Below, one piece after another: positions 55,476 to 64,000 of a stretch of 64,000 nucleotides of DNA. The translations under genes were made by a program, and so were the position numbers. The notes under the pieces were generated by a model. That model did not search any database. It had not been told where the DNA came from and saw only the letters and a program-made list of their open reading frames with translations. Every line of letters begins with the position of its first letter. Position 1 is the first letter of the stretch. The DNA comes from Vulcanimicrobiota bacterium (GTDB lineage Bacteria; Vulcanimicrobiota; Xenobia; Xenobiales; JADMJV01), in contig JBFWNU010000008.1 in NCBI GenBank assembly GCA_050250895.1, positions 288,001 through 352,000 of the forward strand, in the 5' to 3' direction.

Positions 55476-56803
55476 TAAGAGTCATTCCCGTTAGGCTCAT
55501 CGTTCCCCTGCGCCGGGGCTCCCTCCAGGCGACGCTCGTAGGCTTTGAGGAAGGGAAACCAGATGGCCCCGCTGATGCACAGGTTGACTATGAGTAGAAG
55601 GAATGCCTTGAAATCCTGGCACGACAGGGGCGCTCCCAGAAAGCACGGCATGACCCAGGGGACTTCGATGAAAGGCTTGCCCACAACCCCCGAGGCCACC
55701 GCCACGAAGGCGACCACGCCGCACACCATGGGGGCCAGGATGAAGGGGATTGCCAGGATCGGGTTAGCTACCACGGGTAGACCGAAGAGCAGCGGTTCGT
55801 TGACGTTGAACAAGGCCGGCACGATCGAGATCTTTCCGATCCGGCGCATATGGTCGTTCTTGGACAAAAAGAGCAGGATGGTGGGGGCCAGGGTGGCGCC
55901 GGCTCCGCCGATCCAGATGAACCACTGATAGAACGGATAGGCGGTGACGTGCTCGAGCGGCAGTCCGTTGGCCTGGGCTTCGGCGTTGGCGGCCACGAAC
56001 TGCTGCCAGATGGGCAGCATGGCGGCGTTGATCACCGAGATGCCGTGGACGCCAGCCACCCCGAAGATGTGCAACAGCAGGTTGACTACCAACACCGCTC
56101 CCAGGGTGTCGCCCATCTGCTTGAGCCACGAGGTCTGGTCGATGATCCACTGGTTGATATCAAACCCCAGCGAATGGCGGATATACCAGACGATGGAGAT
56201 CACCAGCAGCAAAGGCAAGAAGGCCGCGAAGGCCTGGGTGACGGCGGGAGGGACGGCTCCTTCCCTGGCCTTTTCGGCGTCGGGTGAAGCCGAAGGGTCG
56301 GGGCGTAAAATCAAGCGCGACAGTTCGACCGTGAAGATACCCAGGAAGATGGCCAGGAACAGGCCTTCGGCTCCCAGCGGCTTCATGGCCAGCACCCACG
56401 CCTTGGCACCCTCGAGTTCGGTCTGAACCGGAGTGCCTGTCACCAGCAGGGCAGCCATCGCCCCCAACCCTTGCGGGTTGGTGGGCAGGCCATACTGCTT
56501 GGCCAGGCTGGAGGCGATGGTGAAGGCCACGTAGAGGCTCAGCATGCCCATGGTGAAGCGGTAGGGCATCAACAGCAGGGGCACGTGGGCTTTGTAGGAG
56601 AGGGCTAGCCCCGAAGCGGCAAAACCCGGCAGCAGCTTGTCGATCTCGTCGATCATCTGGGTCTGGGCGCCCAGCAGAAGGAAGGTGCTGCCGATGAGGA
56701 TGATCGGCACCGAGCCGATCATGCCGTCGCGCAAGGCGACGATGTGGTGCTGCTTGGAAGCCCGGTCCAGCAGAGCGATGATTTTGGCCCAGACTTCTTG
56801 CAT
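55475..56803 (-). CDS. PTS lactose/cellobiose-family IIC component (orphan)
   Basis: ALRDGM, GVHG, IGGAGATL, PALFNVNEPLLFGLPVVANP, WFPFLKAYE. Confidence 0.92.
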   Translation of the reverse strand: MQEVWAKIIALLDRASKQHHIVALRDGMIGSVPIILIGSTFLLLGAQTQMIDEIDKLLPGFAASGLALSYKAHVPLLLMPYRFTMGMLSLYVAFTIASSLAKQYGLPTNPQGLGAMAALLVTGTPVQTELEGAKAWVLAMKPLGAEGLFLAIFLGIFTVELSRLILRPDPSASPDAEKAREGAVPPAVTQAFAAFLPLLLVISIVWYIRHSLGFDINQWIIDQTSWLKQMGDTLGAVLVVNLLLHIFGVAGVHGISVINAAMLPIWQQFVAANAEAQANGLPLEHVTAYPFYQWFIWIGGAGATLAPTILLFLSKNDHMRRIGKISIVPALFNVNEPLLFGLPVVANPILAIPFILAPMVCGVVAFVAVASGVVGKPFIEVPWVMPCFLGAPLSCQDFKAFLLLIVNLCISGAIWFPFLKAYERRLEGAPAQGNDEPNGNDS

Positions 56804-56876
56804 GCGCGGCGATTCCTCATGACGATTGAAACTCCTGGTGGGAGGGAATTATTTTCAAGTCCAGAAGTGGGAGGCT

Positions 56877-57584
56877 ATGGAAGAGATACTTGAAGGCATC
56901 GTCATGCTGGGTCCCTTCGGGCCCTACCACAACGCCTGCTGGATTTTGCATCGGGGGGCCGAGGCCGCCGTCATCGAGATGCCCCCCTACCGCAAGGGAG
57001 AACAAGCGCCCTGGTTGGCCGTCGAAAAATTTCTCAAGACCAGGCGTCTACGCTTGCGCTACGCCTTTCTGAGCCACGCTCACATCGATCATTGCCAGAC
57101 GCTGTTGCAGTTTCGTCAGCACTTTCCCCGCACTCGCTTCGTGGCCCATCAGTCGGTCCTCGAGGCGCCCCTGATGGCGCGCCTGGCAGAGGCCGCTCGC
57201 GACCGGCTGCCGCGCGGCCTGTTTGGTCGGCCCAAGCTCTTTCACGAGACCTTTCGCTCGAGTCTGTGGTCCTCCACCCTGGGGGGCGAGCCCGTCCATC
57301 TCTTGCACGCCCCCAAGCACTCTGATTCCGACCACCTGATTCTCTTTCGTGGGGCCATGATGACCGGCGACTGGTTTTTGGGCGACCTCAAAGACTGTAA
57401 CGCCCTGGTGCCTCCAACTCGCAAGAAACGCTCGATTTCGCGGGTGGCCAAGATTGTCGAGCGGCTGGGCTATCATGTCCACACCATGTATTCCGCTCAC
57501 GGCGATTGCGTCTATCGCCAGGTGGATTTTCACGAGATGATGCGGCGCAGCAAGATCGACCACGACGAGGTGCGCTCCGCCTGA
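56877..57584 (+). CDS. Metallo-beta-lactamase-fold hydrolase
   Basis: SHAHIDH, APKHS, TGD, SAHG; GGAGG SD before ATG 56877. Confidence 0.88.
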   Translation: MEEILEGIVMLGPFGPYHNACWILHRGAEAAVIEMPPYRKGEQAPWLAVEKFLKTRRLRLRYAFLSHAHIDHCQTLLQFRQHFPRTRFVAHQSVLEAPLMARLAEAARDRLPRGLFGRPKLFHETFRSSLWSSTLGGEPVHLLHAPKHSDSDHLILFRGAMMTGDWFLGDLKDCNALVPPTRKKRSISRVAKIVERLGYHVHTMYSAHGDCVYRQVDFHEMMRRSKIDHDEVRSA

Positions 57585-57592
57585 ACTATCCG

Positions 57593-58300
57593 ATGTACTT
57601 CGAGCGGGCCGACCTGTGGCCGGTGGTGACACCGCCCGAGGCCTATGCCGAAGAGATGGAACTGTGGCGGGCTGCCCTGGGTGAATCCTGCCGTAGTCTG
57701 CTCGATCTGGGCACCGGAGGGGGGCACCACCTCTGGCACCTGCTTCTGGACACCTCGATCGAGGCCACTGCCGTGGACCTTTCCGAGCCGATGCTCGAAC
57801 TCTCCAAGCGTCTCAATTCTCGGGTCGAGCATCTAGTAGCCAACATGCTCGAGCTGCGCCTGGAACGAAAGTTCGACGCCGTCACCATCCACGACTCTTT
57901 GACCTATCTGACCAGCCAGGCCGAAGTCGAGGCGGTCTTTGCCACCGCTCGCCATCACCTCGAGCCAGGCGGGGTGCTGCTCTTTGCCCCCGACTACCTC
58001 CGCGATCATTTCGACGGACCCTACAGTGCTCTGACCACCAACCAGAACGACGAGATCACGGTCACGCTGACCCACTACCAGCACGATCCCGACCCTGAGG
58101 ATAACCTCTTTGAAGCCATCTACGTTTACTTCGTGCAGCGCGGTGGCCGGCTCGAGACATTTCAAGAGCGCCAGACGCTCGGCTTGTTCGACCTGGCTCA
58201 ATGGACCGACTGGGTCAGCCGGGCAGGCTTTGAGGTCGAGTTGCTGCGCTACGACCTGTGGGAGCAGCAGACGTTTCTTTTCCGGGCGACGGCGGCATAA
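57593..58300 (+). CDS. Class I SAM-dependent methyltransferase
   Basis: LLDLGTGGG, VDLSEPML, FDAV, LEPGG. Confidence 0.9.
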   Translation: MYFERADLWPVVTPPEAYAEEMELWRAALGESCRSLLDLGTGGGHHLWHLLLDTSIEATAVDLSEPMLELSKRLNSRVEHLVANMLELRLERKFDAVTIHDSLTYLTSQAEVEAVFATARHHLEPGGVLLFAPDYLRDHFDGPYSALTTNQNDEITVTLTHYQHDPDPEDNLFEAIYVYFVQRGGRLETFQERQTLGLFDLAQWTDWVSRAGFEVELLRYDLWEQQTFLFRATAA

Positions 58301-58302
58301 GT

Positions 58303-59856
58303 TTGAAAGTGACTAGTGAGGCCGTTCCCCAGGCGCCGCCGCGGCGCAATTTCTTGCCTGCAATCCTGTTGGTGCTGGTGTTGGCAGGTCTGGTCGGTTA
58401 TTGGAAGTGGTCTCATCCCTCAGAGGAGAAGGTCGTTTTCGAGACCGAGAAGGTCCGCCGGGGGGATGTCACGGCCGTGGTTTCGGCCACCGGAACCCTC
58501 GAGTCTGATACCACCGTGACCGTCGGCAGCCAGGTCTCGGGCCCCGTGCAGGCTGTGCTGGTCGATTTCAACACTCGAGTCCACCGGGGCGACGTGCTGG
58601 CCCGCATCGAGCCTTCCGAGTTCGAGGCCCGGCTGGGCCAGGCCCGCGCGGGTCTGGATTCGGCTCAGGCCGGGCTACAGAACGCGCGGGGCAGCCTGGC
58701 CAATGCCGATGCCGCCATCGCCGAGGCCAGAGCGCAGATCGCCCGGAGCGAGGCCAACATCACCGAGGCCAAGTCGAATGTGGATAGTGCCGAAGCGGCG
58801 GTACGTAACGCCGGGGCTGGAGTGACCCGGGCTCGGGCCGAGATGGAGAACGCCCTGCTCGGCTTTCAGCGCTTCGAAAAACTTCATCAGCGCGAGTTGG
58901 TGGCCGCTAGCGAACTCGACCAGGCGCGCACTAGCTATCGGGTCCAGTCGGCTGCCTACGAGACCGCGCTGGCCGCCAAAGACCAGGCGGTCGCCAACCA
59001 CCGCCAGGCGCTAGCCAGGCTCCAGGCGTCACGCAGCGAACTGGTGGCCGCGGGTACTCGCCTCGAGGCCGCCGAGGCCCAGCGCCAATCGGCCACGGCT
59101 CAGGTGGCTTCGGCTCAAGCCCAGGTCAGCCAGGCCGAGGCCAGCAATCAGCAGGCGGCCGTCGATCTGGAGCGGACCACCATTCGCTCTCCCATCGACG
59201 GGGTGGTCATCGAGCGCAAGGTGGACGTGGGCCAGACCGTGGCGGCCGCTTTTCAAGCACCAGAACTTTTTGTCATTGCTGGCGATCTCACCAACATGCA
59301 GGTGCGGGCCGATGTCAGCGAGGCCGACATCGGTCGGGTCGATGAAGGACAGAAAGTCAACTTTAGCGTGGATGCCTATCCAGACCGCGAGTTCCACGGT
59401 CAGGTGCTGCAGGTGCGCACCGCGCCCGGCACCAAGGACGAGGGGTCGGCGGGCACCTCCAGCAATGTCGTCGTTTACGGGGTATTGGTAAGCGCTCCCA
59501 ATCAAGACCTCTTGCTCAAGCCCGGGATGACGGCCACCGTGGCCGTCGAGGCCGAGAGCGTGAAGGACGCCTTACTGGTGCCCAATGGAGCCTTGCGCTT
59601 CATTCCGCCCAAGCCCCCCGAACGCGAGGAAGAGTCTGACAAGAAAGACCACAAGAAGAAGGTCAAAGGCCGGCGCGGAACGGTCTGGGTCCAGGGTCCC
59701 AAAGGGCCGGAGCGCCGCGACCTGGTGCTGGGCATCACCGACGAAGAGATGACCGTGGTCAAAGACGGCGAGGTCACGGTCGATACCGAAGTGCTGGTGG
59801 GGGTCAAGGACGACAAGAAGAAAAAGCCGGGCGGTGGCTTCCGCATGCGCTTCTGA
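58303..59856 (+). CDS. macA: MacA-like periplasmic adaptor (membrane fusion protein)
   Basis: VGSQVSG, long coiled coil, IRSPIDGVV, VSEADIG, LKPGMTA; start approximate. Confidence 0.9.
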   Translation: MKVTSEAVPQAPPRRNFLPAILLVLVLAGLVGYWKWSHPSEEKVVFETEKVRRGDVTAVVSATGTLESDTTVTVGSQVSGPVQAVLVDFNTRVHRGDVLARIEPSEFEARLGQARAGLDSAQAGLQNARGSLANADAAIAEARAQIARSEANITEAKSNVDSAEAAVRNAGAGVTRARAEMENALLGFQRFEKLHQRELVAASELDQARTSYRVQSAAYETALAAKDQAVANHRQALARLQASRSELVAAGTRLEAAEAQRQSATAQVASAQAQVSQAEASNQQAAVDLERTTIRSPIDGVVIERKVDVGQTVAAAFQAPELFVIAGDLTNMQVRADVSEADIGRVDEGQKVNFSVDAYPDREFHGQVLQVRTAPGTKDEGSAGTSSNVVVYGVLVSAPNQDLLLKPGMTATVAVEAESVKDALLVPNGALRFIPPKPPEREEESDKKDHKKKVKGRRGTVWVQGPKGPERRDLVLGITDEEMTVVKDGEVTVDTEVLVGVKDDKKKKPGGGFRMRF

Positions 59857-60581
59857 TGGCTATCGTCGAGTTGCGCAGTGTCACCCGCGTTTATCGCTCC
59901 GCCGGCGGGGTCGAGGTGCATGCCCTCCGAGGCGTAGACCTGTCTATCGACGCCGGCGAGTTCGTGGCCATCATGGGACCCTCGGGCTCGGGCAAGTCGA
60001 CCATGATGAACACGCTGGGTTGTCTGGATCGGCCGACATCTGGTTCTTATCGTCTCGACGGACAGGAAGTGGCTCAGATGTCGAGCGACGAGTGGGCCTG
60101 GATCCGCAATCGCAAGCTGGGCTTCATTTTTCAGGGCTTCAACCTGCTTAGCCGCACCACCGCGCTGGAGAACGTCGAGCTGCCGCTTCTGTATCGTGGC
60201 ATCAAAGATGCGGCCGAGCGTCGCCAGCTTGCCATGCAAGCCCTCGAGTCGGTGGGTCTGGGTAAGCGCTCGCACCACGTGCCCTCGCAGATGTCCGGCG
60301 GCGAACAGCAGCGGGTGGCCATCGCCCGGGCCCTGGTGACGCGCCCGGTGGTGTTGCTGGCCGACGAGCCGACGGGAAACCTCGATACCAAGACCACTGA
60401 TGAGGTGCTGGCCCTGTTCAAGAATCTCAACCAGGAGGGGCAGACCATCATCCTGGTGACCCATGAGCCCGAGGTGGCCCTGCAATGCAAGCGGGTGGTG
60501 CTGTTTCGTGACGGGTTGATCGTGGGCGATGGCGAGCCCAGAGACGTGCTGGCTCACCTGGCTCCGGGCATTATCTCATGA
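59856..60581 (+). CDS. ABC transporter ATP-binding protein (MacB/LolD family)
   Basis: GPSGSGKST, MSGGEQQRVAIARAL, ADEPTGNLD. Confidence 0.95.
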   Translation: MAIVELRSVTRVYRSAGGVEVHALRGVDLSIDAGEFVAIMGPSGSGKSTMMNTLGCLDRPTSGSYRLDGQEVAQMSSDEWAWIRNRKLGFIFQGFNLLSRTTALENVELPLLYRGIKDAAERRQLAMQALESVGLGKRSHHVPSQMSGGEQQRVAIARALVTRPVVLLADEPTGNLDTKTTDEVLALFKNLNQEGQTIILVTHEPEVALQCKRVVLFRDGLIVGDGEPRDVLAHLAPGIIS

Positions 60582-61792
60582 ACCCTTTCCTGACCCTGAG
60601 GGTGGCCTGGCTGGCTTTGCTGCGCAACAAGCTGCGGACGCTCTTGACCATGCTGGGAATCATCATCGGGGTGGCCGCCGTCATCGCCATGCTGAGCATC
60701 GGCAACGGCGCTCAGCTGGCCGTCGAGGCTCGCATCGCCAGCATGGGCACCAACACCATTCACGTCTTTCCCGGCTCGCGCAGCCGGGGCGGCCAGCACG
60801 GGGGGCGCGGCTCGGGCGAGCAGCTGACGATCGAGGACTGGCAGGCGGTCGACCGCTTGCCGCTGGTGGCCCAGTCCTGCCCGATGGTCAACGGTCGGGC
60901 CCAGATGGTCTATGGCTCTAATAACTGGTCGGCCTCGTTCTATGGCACCACTCCGAACTTCTCGGTGATTCGGGCCTGGCCGCTTGAAGGCGGACGCATG
61001 TTCACCGACCTCGAGGTGCGAGCCGCCTCGAACGTTTGCGTGCTGGGTAGCGAGACAGCCGGCGAGCTGTTCGGCAGCGCCGACCCTCTGGGCGAGACGA
61101 TCCGGGTGGGTCATCTGCCCTTCAAAGTCGTGGGCGTGATGAGCGAGAAGGGCGAGTCAGGCTGGGGAGCCTCGCGCGACGACATGGTGCTGATGCCGTA
61201 TACTACCGCCATGCAGAAGCTCGCCGGCACCGACAAACTGACTTATCTCACCGCCGCCACCGACCGCAAGGACCAGGTCAAAGCGCTCGAAGAGCAGATC
61301 GTCAATCTGCTCAACGACCGTCATCGGGTGCGCGATCCCGACGAGGGCGGGTTTGGCGCCTTCAATCAGGCCGAGGTCTCTGAGGTGGCCGGCGAAAGCA
61401 CCCGCGTCTTCGCGCTGTTGTTGGGCGGCATCGCGTCGGTGAGCTTGCTGGTCGGCGGCATCGGCATCATGAACATCATGCTGGTGTCGGTCACCGAACG
61501 GATCCGCGAGATCGGCATTCGCATGGCCGTGGGGGCTCGCGGCTCGGACATCTTGATGCAGTTTCTCATCGAAGCGGTGGTGCTGTCGTTGCTCGGCGGC
61601 GCCATCGGCATCGGGTTAGGGGTGGGCATTTCGGTGCTGGTGGCTAAATGGGCCGAATGGCCCGCCGTGGTCAGCCAGTCTTCGGTGATGCTCAGCTTCG
61701 GCTTCTCGGCCTTTATCGGCGTCTTCTTCGGCTTCTATCCGGCTCTTCAGGCCTCGCGCCTGGACCCCATCCAGGCCCTGCGCCACGAGTAG
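60578..61792 (+). CDS. MacB/FtsX-family ABC permease
   Basis: LTMLGIIIGV, GIMNIMLVSVTERIREIGIR, LDPIQALRHE. Confidence 0.95.
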   Translation: MNPFLTLRVAWLALLRNKLRTLLTMLGIIIGVAAVIAMLSIGNGAQLAVEARIASMGTNTIHVFPGSRSRGGQHGGRGSGEQLTIEDWQAVDRLPLVAQSCPMVNGRAQMVYGSNNWSASFYGTTPNFSVIRAWPLEGGRMFTDLEVRAASNVCVLGSETAGELFGSADPLGETIRVGHLPFKVVGVMSEKGESGWGASRDDMVLMPYTTAMQKLAGTDKLTYLTAATDRKDQVKALEEQIVNLLNDRHRVRDPDEGGFGAFNQAEVSEVAGESTRVFALLLGGIASVSLLVGGIGIMNIMLVSVTERIREIGIRMAVGARGSDILMQFLIEAVVLSLLGGAIGIGLGVGISVLVAKWAEWPAVVSQSSVMLSFGFSAFIGVFFGFYPALQASRLDPIQALRHE

Positions 61793-61797
61793 CCGGC

Positions 61798-62946
61798 TCA
61801 GCCCTTCTTGCGCGTTTTCATATAGAAGCGGTTGGCCTGGGAGGCCACTATCCAGAGGTTGTCGTTGCTGGCGGCGATGTCAAAGCCCGAGCAGTCGAGA
61901 TCGGCCACCAGTTCCATCACCAGTTCGGGAGCGCTCCAGCCTTTCTCGGTCTGGTGGATATAGTAGATCTTGTTGCCCCCTTCGACCCCGGTGTAGAGGG
62001 CCACATGCAGCCTCTTGTCGTCGTCGAGGTCGGAGCGACACTCCATCTGGCTCGAGCTGAGCGGAAAGTCGGCCAGCCCCAGATCTTCCCACTTGTGCTC
62101 GTAGCGTAGCGCCCGGGCCTGGCCGCCCTCGACGGCCATGGCGGCGGCCGGGCCCTTGGGCCAGCCGGCCACGGTGAAAAGGGCGCCGAAGTTGCCTTTG
62201 AGCAAGGTGTCGGTCTCGCCGGCGCCGCCGGTGAGGGGCCTGATGTTGGCGGTCTTGAGGCTGCCTCCGCCATTCCAGACCACCGCGAAGCCGGCCTCGC
62301 CGCACGAGGCCACTTCGACCTTGTCGCAGTCGGGCGAGTGCTGGCCCAGCGAGGCTGCTCGAGGGCGTCGGTTACTCTTGATGTCGATGTTGGCGGCCCG
62401 GATGGTGCGGTTTTCGGCAGCCCAGGCGGCGGCGAACTCGGGTCGATTGGTGCCTTCCCGGCCGTCGATGGCCACCCAGGTGCCCCCTTCGTTCTCGGCC
62501 ACGAAGCTGTCGATGGTGTAGGGGCGCGAGAAGCTCCAGCCCTGGTCGCCCGAGATGGTCAGCATGATTTCATAGGCGCTGCCCCCCTGACGGGTGGCCC
62601 GCTGAAAGAGGATCCCCAGCAGGTCGCGGGCGTTGCCCACGCTGATCCGCCGCACCCGCGACAGGCTCGAACCGAAGAACGGCGCCCGCACCGTGCCCAG
62701 ATGGTCATCTCCGTCCGAGATGCTGGTGTGGTAGAGCTCTGGCTTGCGCACCTTGGCCGAGGTTCCGGCCCAGAGCAGATGCACCCGGCTCTTGATCGAG
62801 CAAAGCCTGGGCTGATAGATCAGGCCCTGCTCGGTGTCGGGGCGAGGGATGTCCTTCCAGGCCGTCGGTTCGCTGCCAAACCCCGGGCCGGCCAGGATGG
62901 CCGCCAAGAGTAGGGCGGCTATGAGATAGAATCGCCAGATGCGCAT
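61798..62946 (-). CDS. Secreted BNR/Asp-box beta-propeller-like protein
   Basis: Signal peptide from ATG 62946; SGDQGWSF Asp-box; beta-rich. Confidence 0.65.
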   Translation of the reverse strand: MRIWRFYLIAALLLAAILAGPGFGSEPTAWKDIPRPDTEQGLIYQPRLCSIKSRVHLLWAGTSAKVRKPELYHTSISDGDDHLGTVRAPFFGSSLSRVRRISVGNARDLLGILFQRATRQGGSAYEIMLTISGDQGWSFSRPYTIDSFVAENEGGTWVAIDGREGTNRPEFAAAWAAENRTIRAANIDIKSNRRPRAASLGQHSPDCDKVEVASCGEAGFAVVWNGGGSLKTANIRPLTGGAGETDTLLKGNFGALFTVAGWPKGPAAAMAVEGGQARALRYEHKWEDLGLADFPLSSSQMECRSDLDDDKRLHVALYTGVEGGNKIYYIHQTEKGWSAPELVMELVADLDCSGFDIAASNDNLWIVASQANRFYMKTRKKG

Positions 62947-62950
62947 CGTT

Positions 62951-63289
62951 TTACTCCTCGTCAAATCGTATGAACCCCGATACCGGCACGGCGAAAGCGA
63001 TACCGTGCGTCCCATCGCGGGTGCCCGGTAGCAGATGCCGTTTCATGGCCTCCAGGGTGCGGTTCACCAGCAGTTCGTCTTCGATGACCGCGAAAATCGT
63101 GTAGTTGAAGGGTCGGTCCCCGGCCAGGAGATGACGAAAGCCGGCAAAGACGGGAGTCTGATGAGACAGAATCCGACCCATTCCCTGACTCTCGATGACG
63201 GTGGCGTCGGTGATACCGAACTCGGCCATGGCCGCCATCAGTTCGTTGAGTTTCTCCGTTTCGTTGAGGACACAGACAAGTAGTTTCAA
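62951..63289 (-). CDS. PII-like signal transduction protein
   Basis: 112 aa; GITDATVIESQGMG; GIAFAVPV. Confidence 0.75.
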   Translation of the reverse strand: MKLLVCVLNETEKLNELMAAMAEFGITDATVIESQGMGRILSHQTPVFAGFRHLLAGDRPFNYTIFAVIEDELLVNRTLEAMKRHLLPGTRDGTHGIAFAVPVSGFIRFDEE

Positions 63290-63331
63290 GCTGATGGGGC
63301 CGTTCGTCGCACTCGGATACGGTCCTGTCTA

Positions 63332-64000
63332 TCATTCCTGGGGAGGCCTGCGACCGAGCTCGAGCGACCCGATGGCCAGCGCCTGCCCGGCGGTCGCGAT
63401 GGTGGCGCTCACCTGCTCGGCGTGTTGGGGAGCGACCCGCAGGGCGCCCGTGACCACCACGCACGAGCGGGGTGGGATCGGATGTAGCAAGCGGCTGGTC
63501 TGGTCGCCCAGGGAAAGGGTGACGCGATGACCGGCTACTTTCTGGTCGGTGTAGTTGCGAATCTTGATGGTCAGCAGTTGGATGTTCTCGACCTCGGTCG
63601 AGGTCAGCCAGGCCTCGACCAACCGGACCGGTCGCTGGCTGAAGTCCTTGCCTTCGGCCTGGCGACCTTGCTGGTAGGCTTGTTTGGCCAGCTCGGGATA
63701 GTGCTGAGCATAGGCTTGCTGGCGAAAGCGCTCGTAGACGGGGGTGAAGACCGGTTCGTAGATGGCCGCGAACGCCTCGCGTTCGAGCTGGTCGAAGTGG
63801 CTCTTTTGCAGGCGTGGGTAGGCTTCTCGATAGCTACCGTCAAAGGCGGTCTGATAGCTCTGGGCATAGGCTCGTTGGTGGGCCTGGGCAAGCGCCTCTT
63901 GATAGGCCGTTTGCTCGGCTTCTTGACGGCCCTGGGCCAGGCCCTGGCTCGTGATCGCTTCGAGCCCGCCTCGGGGTGCCTGCCAGCTGCCTCGCTGGTG
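63332..64000 (-). CDS. C-terminal part of a hypothetical protein (Ala-Tyr-rich helical repeats plus Ig-like end); runs off the window
   Basis: Frame stays open from 64000 to the stop at 63332 (…QTAYQEALAQAHQRAYAQSYQTAFDGSYREAY…), longer than the ORF track shows. Confidence 0.75.
   Translation of the reverse strand, partial: HQRGSWQAPRGGLEAITSQGLAQGRQEAEQTAYQEALAQAHQRAYAQSYQTAFDGSYREAYPRLQKSHFDQLEREAFAAIYEPVFTPVYERFRQQAYAQHYPELAKQAYQQGRQAEGKDFSQRPVRLVEAWLTSTEVENIQLLTIKIRNYTDQKVAGHRVTLSLGDQTSRLLHPIPPRSCVVVTGALRVAPQHAEQVSATIATAGQALAIGSLELGRRPPQE

Noticed and set aside
1-64000. Prophage, IS, integron, tRNA or rRNA
   Set aside because: No integrase, transposase, phage structural genes or RNA-gene signatures were recognised by eye.

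Overview
A gene-dense, GC-rich (roughly 63-65% by eye) bacterial chromosomal segment with about 58 CDSs. I found no rRNA, tRNA, IS element, prophage or CRISPR array. The pilin style and gene mix suggest Candidatus Eremiobacterota/Vulcanimicrobiota, but this is inference only. Contents: two type IV minor-pilin clusters, each with a ~760-aa PilX-like protein (the second also has pilC); vapBC and MNT-HEPN toxin-antitoxin pairs; two signalling clusters; an operon of two phytoene-dehydrogenase-like flavoproteins plus a GcvT-family protein; a SWIM-finger/DUF6493-like pair; a JmjC plus BpsA-like aminopropyltransferase pair; an NTT-HEAT-cNMP protein; archaeal/eukaryotic-type pheS-pheT with a Zn-ribbon insert; an SLT lipoprotein; an MFS-spermidine synthase-TPR fusion; an orphan PTS IIC; and a MacAB-type exporter. 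The most unusual signals are (1) a modular hairpin element present twice in intergenic DNA (about 11.86-12.01 kb and 27.11-27.22 kb) that matches no RNA family I recognise, (2) a 41-bp-period palindromic repeat array in front of the second pilin operon, (3) the JmjC-BpsA two-gene unit, (4) the archaeal-type PheRS, (5) several apparently leaderless promoters and (6) strong TCGA enrichment. All family calls come from motif recognition, not database searches.
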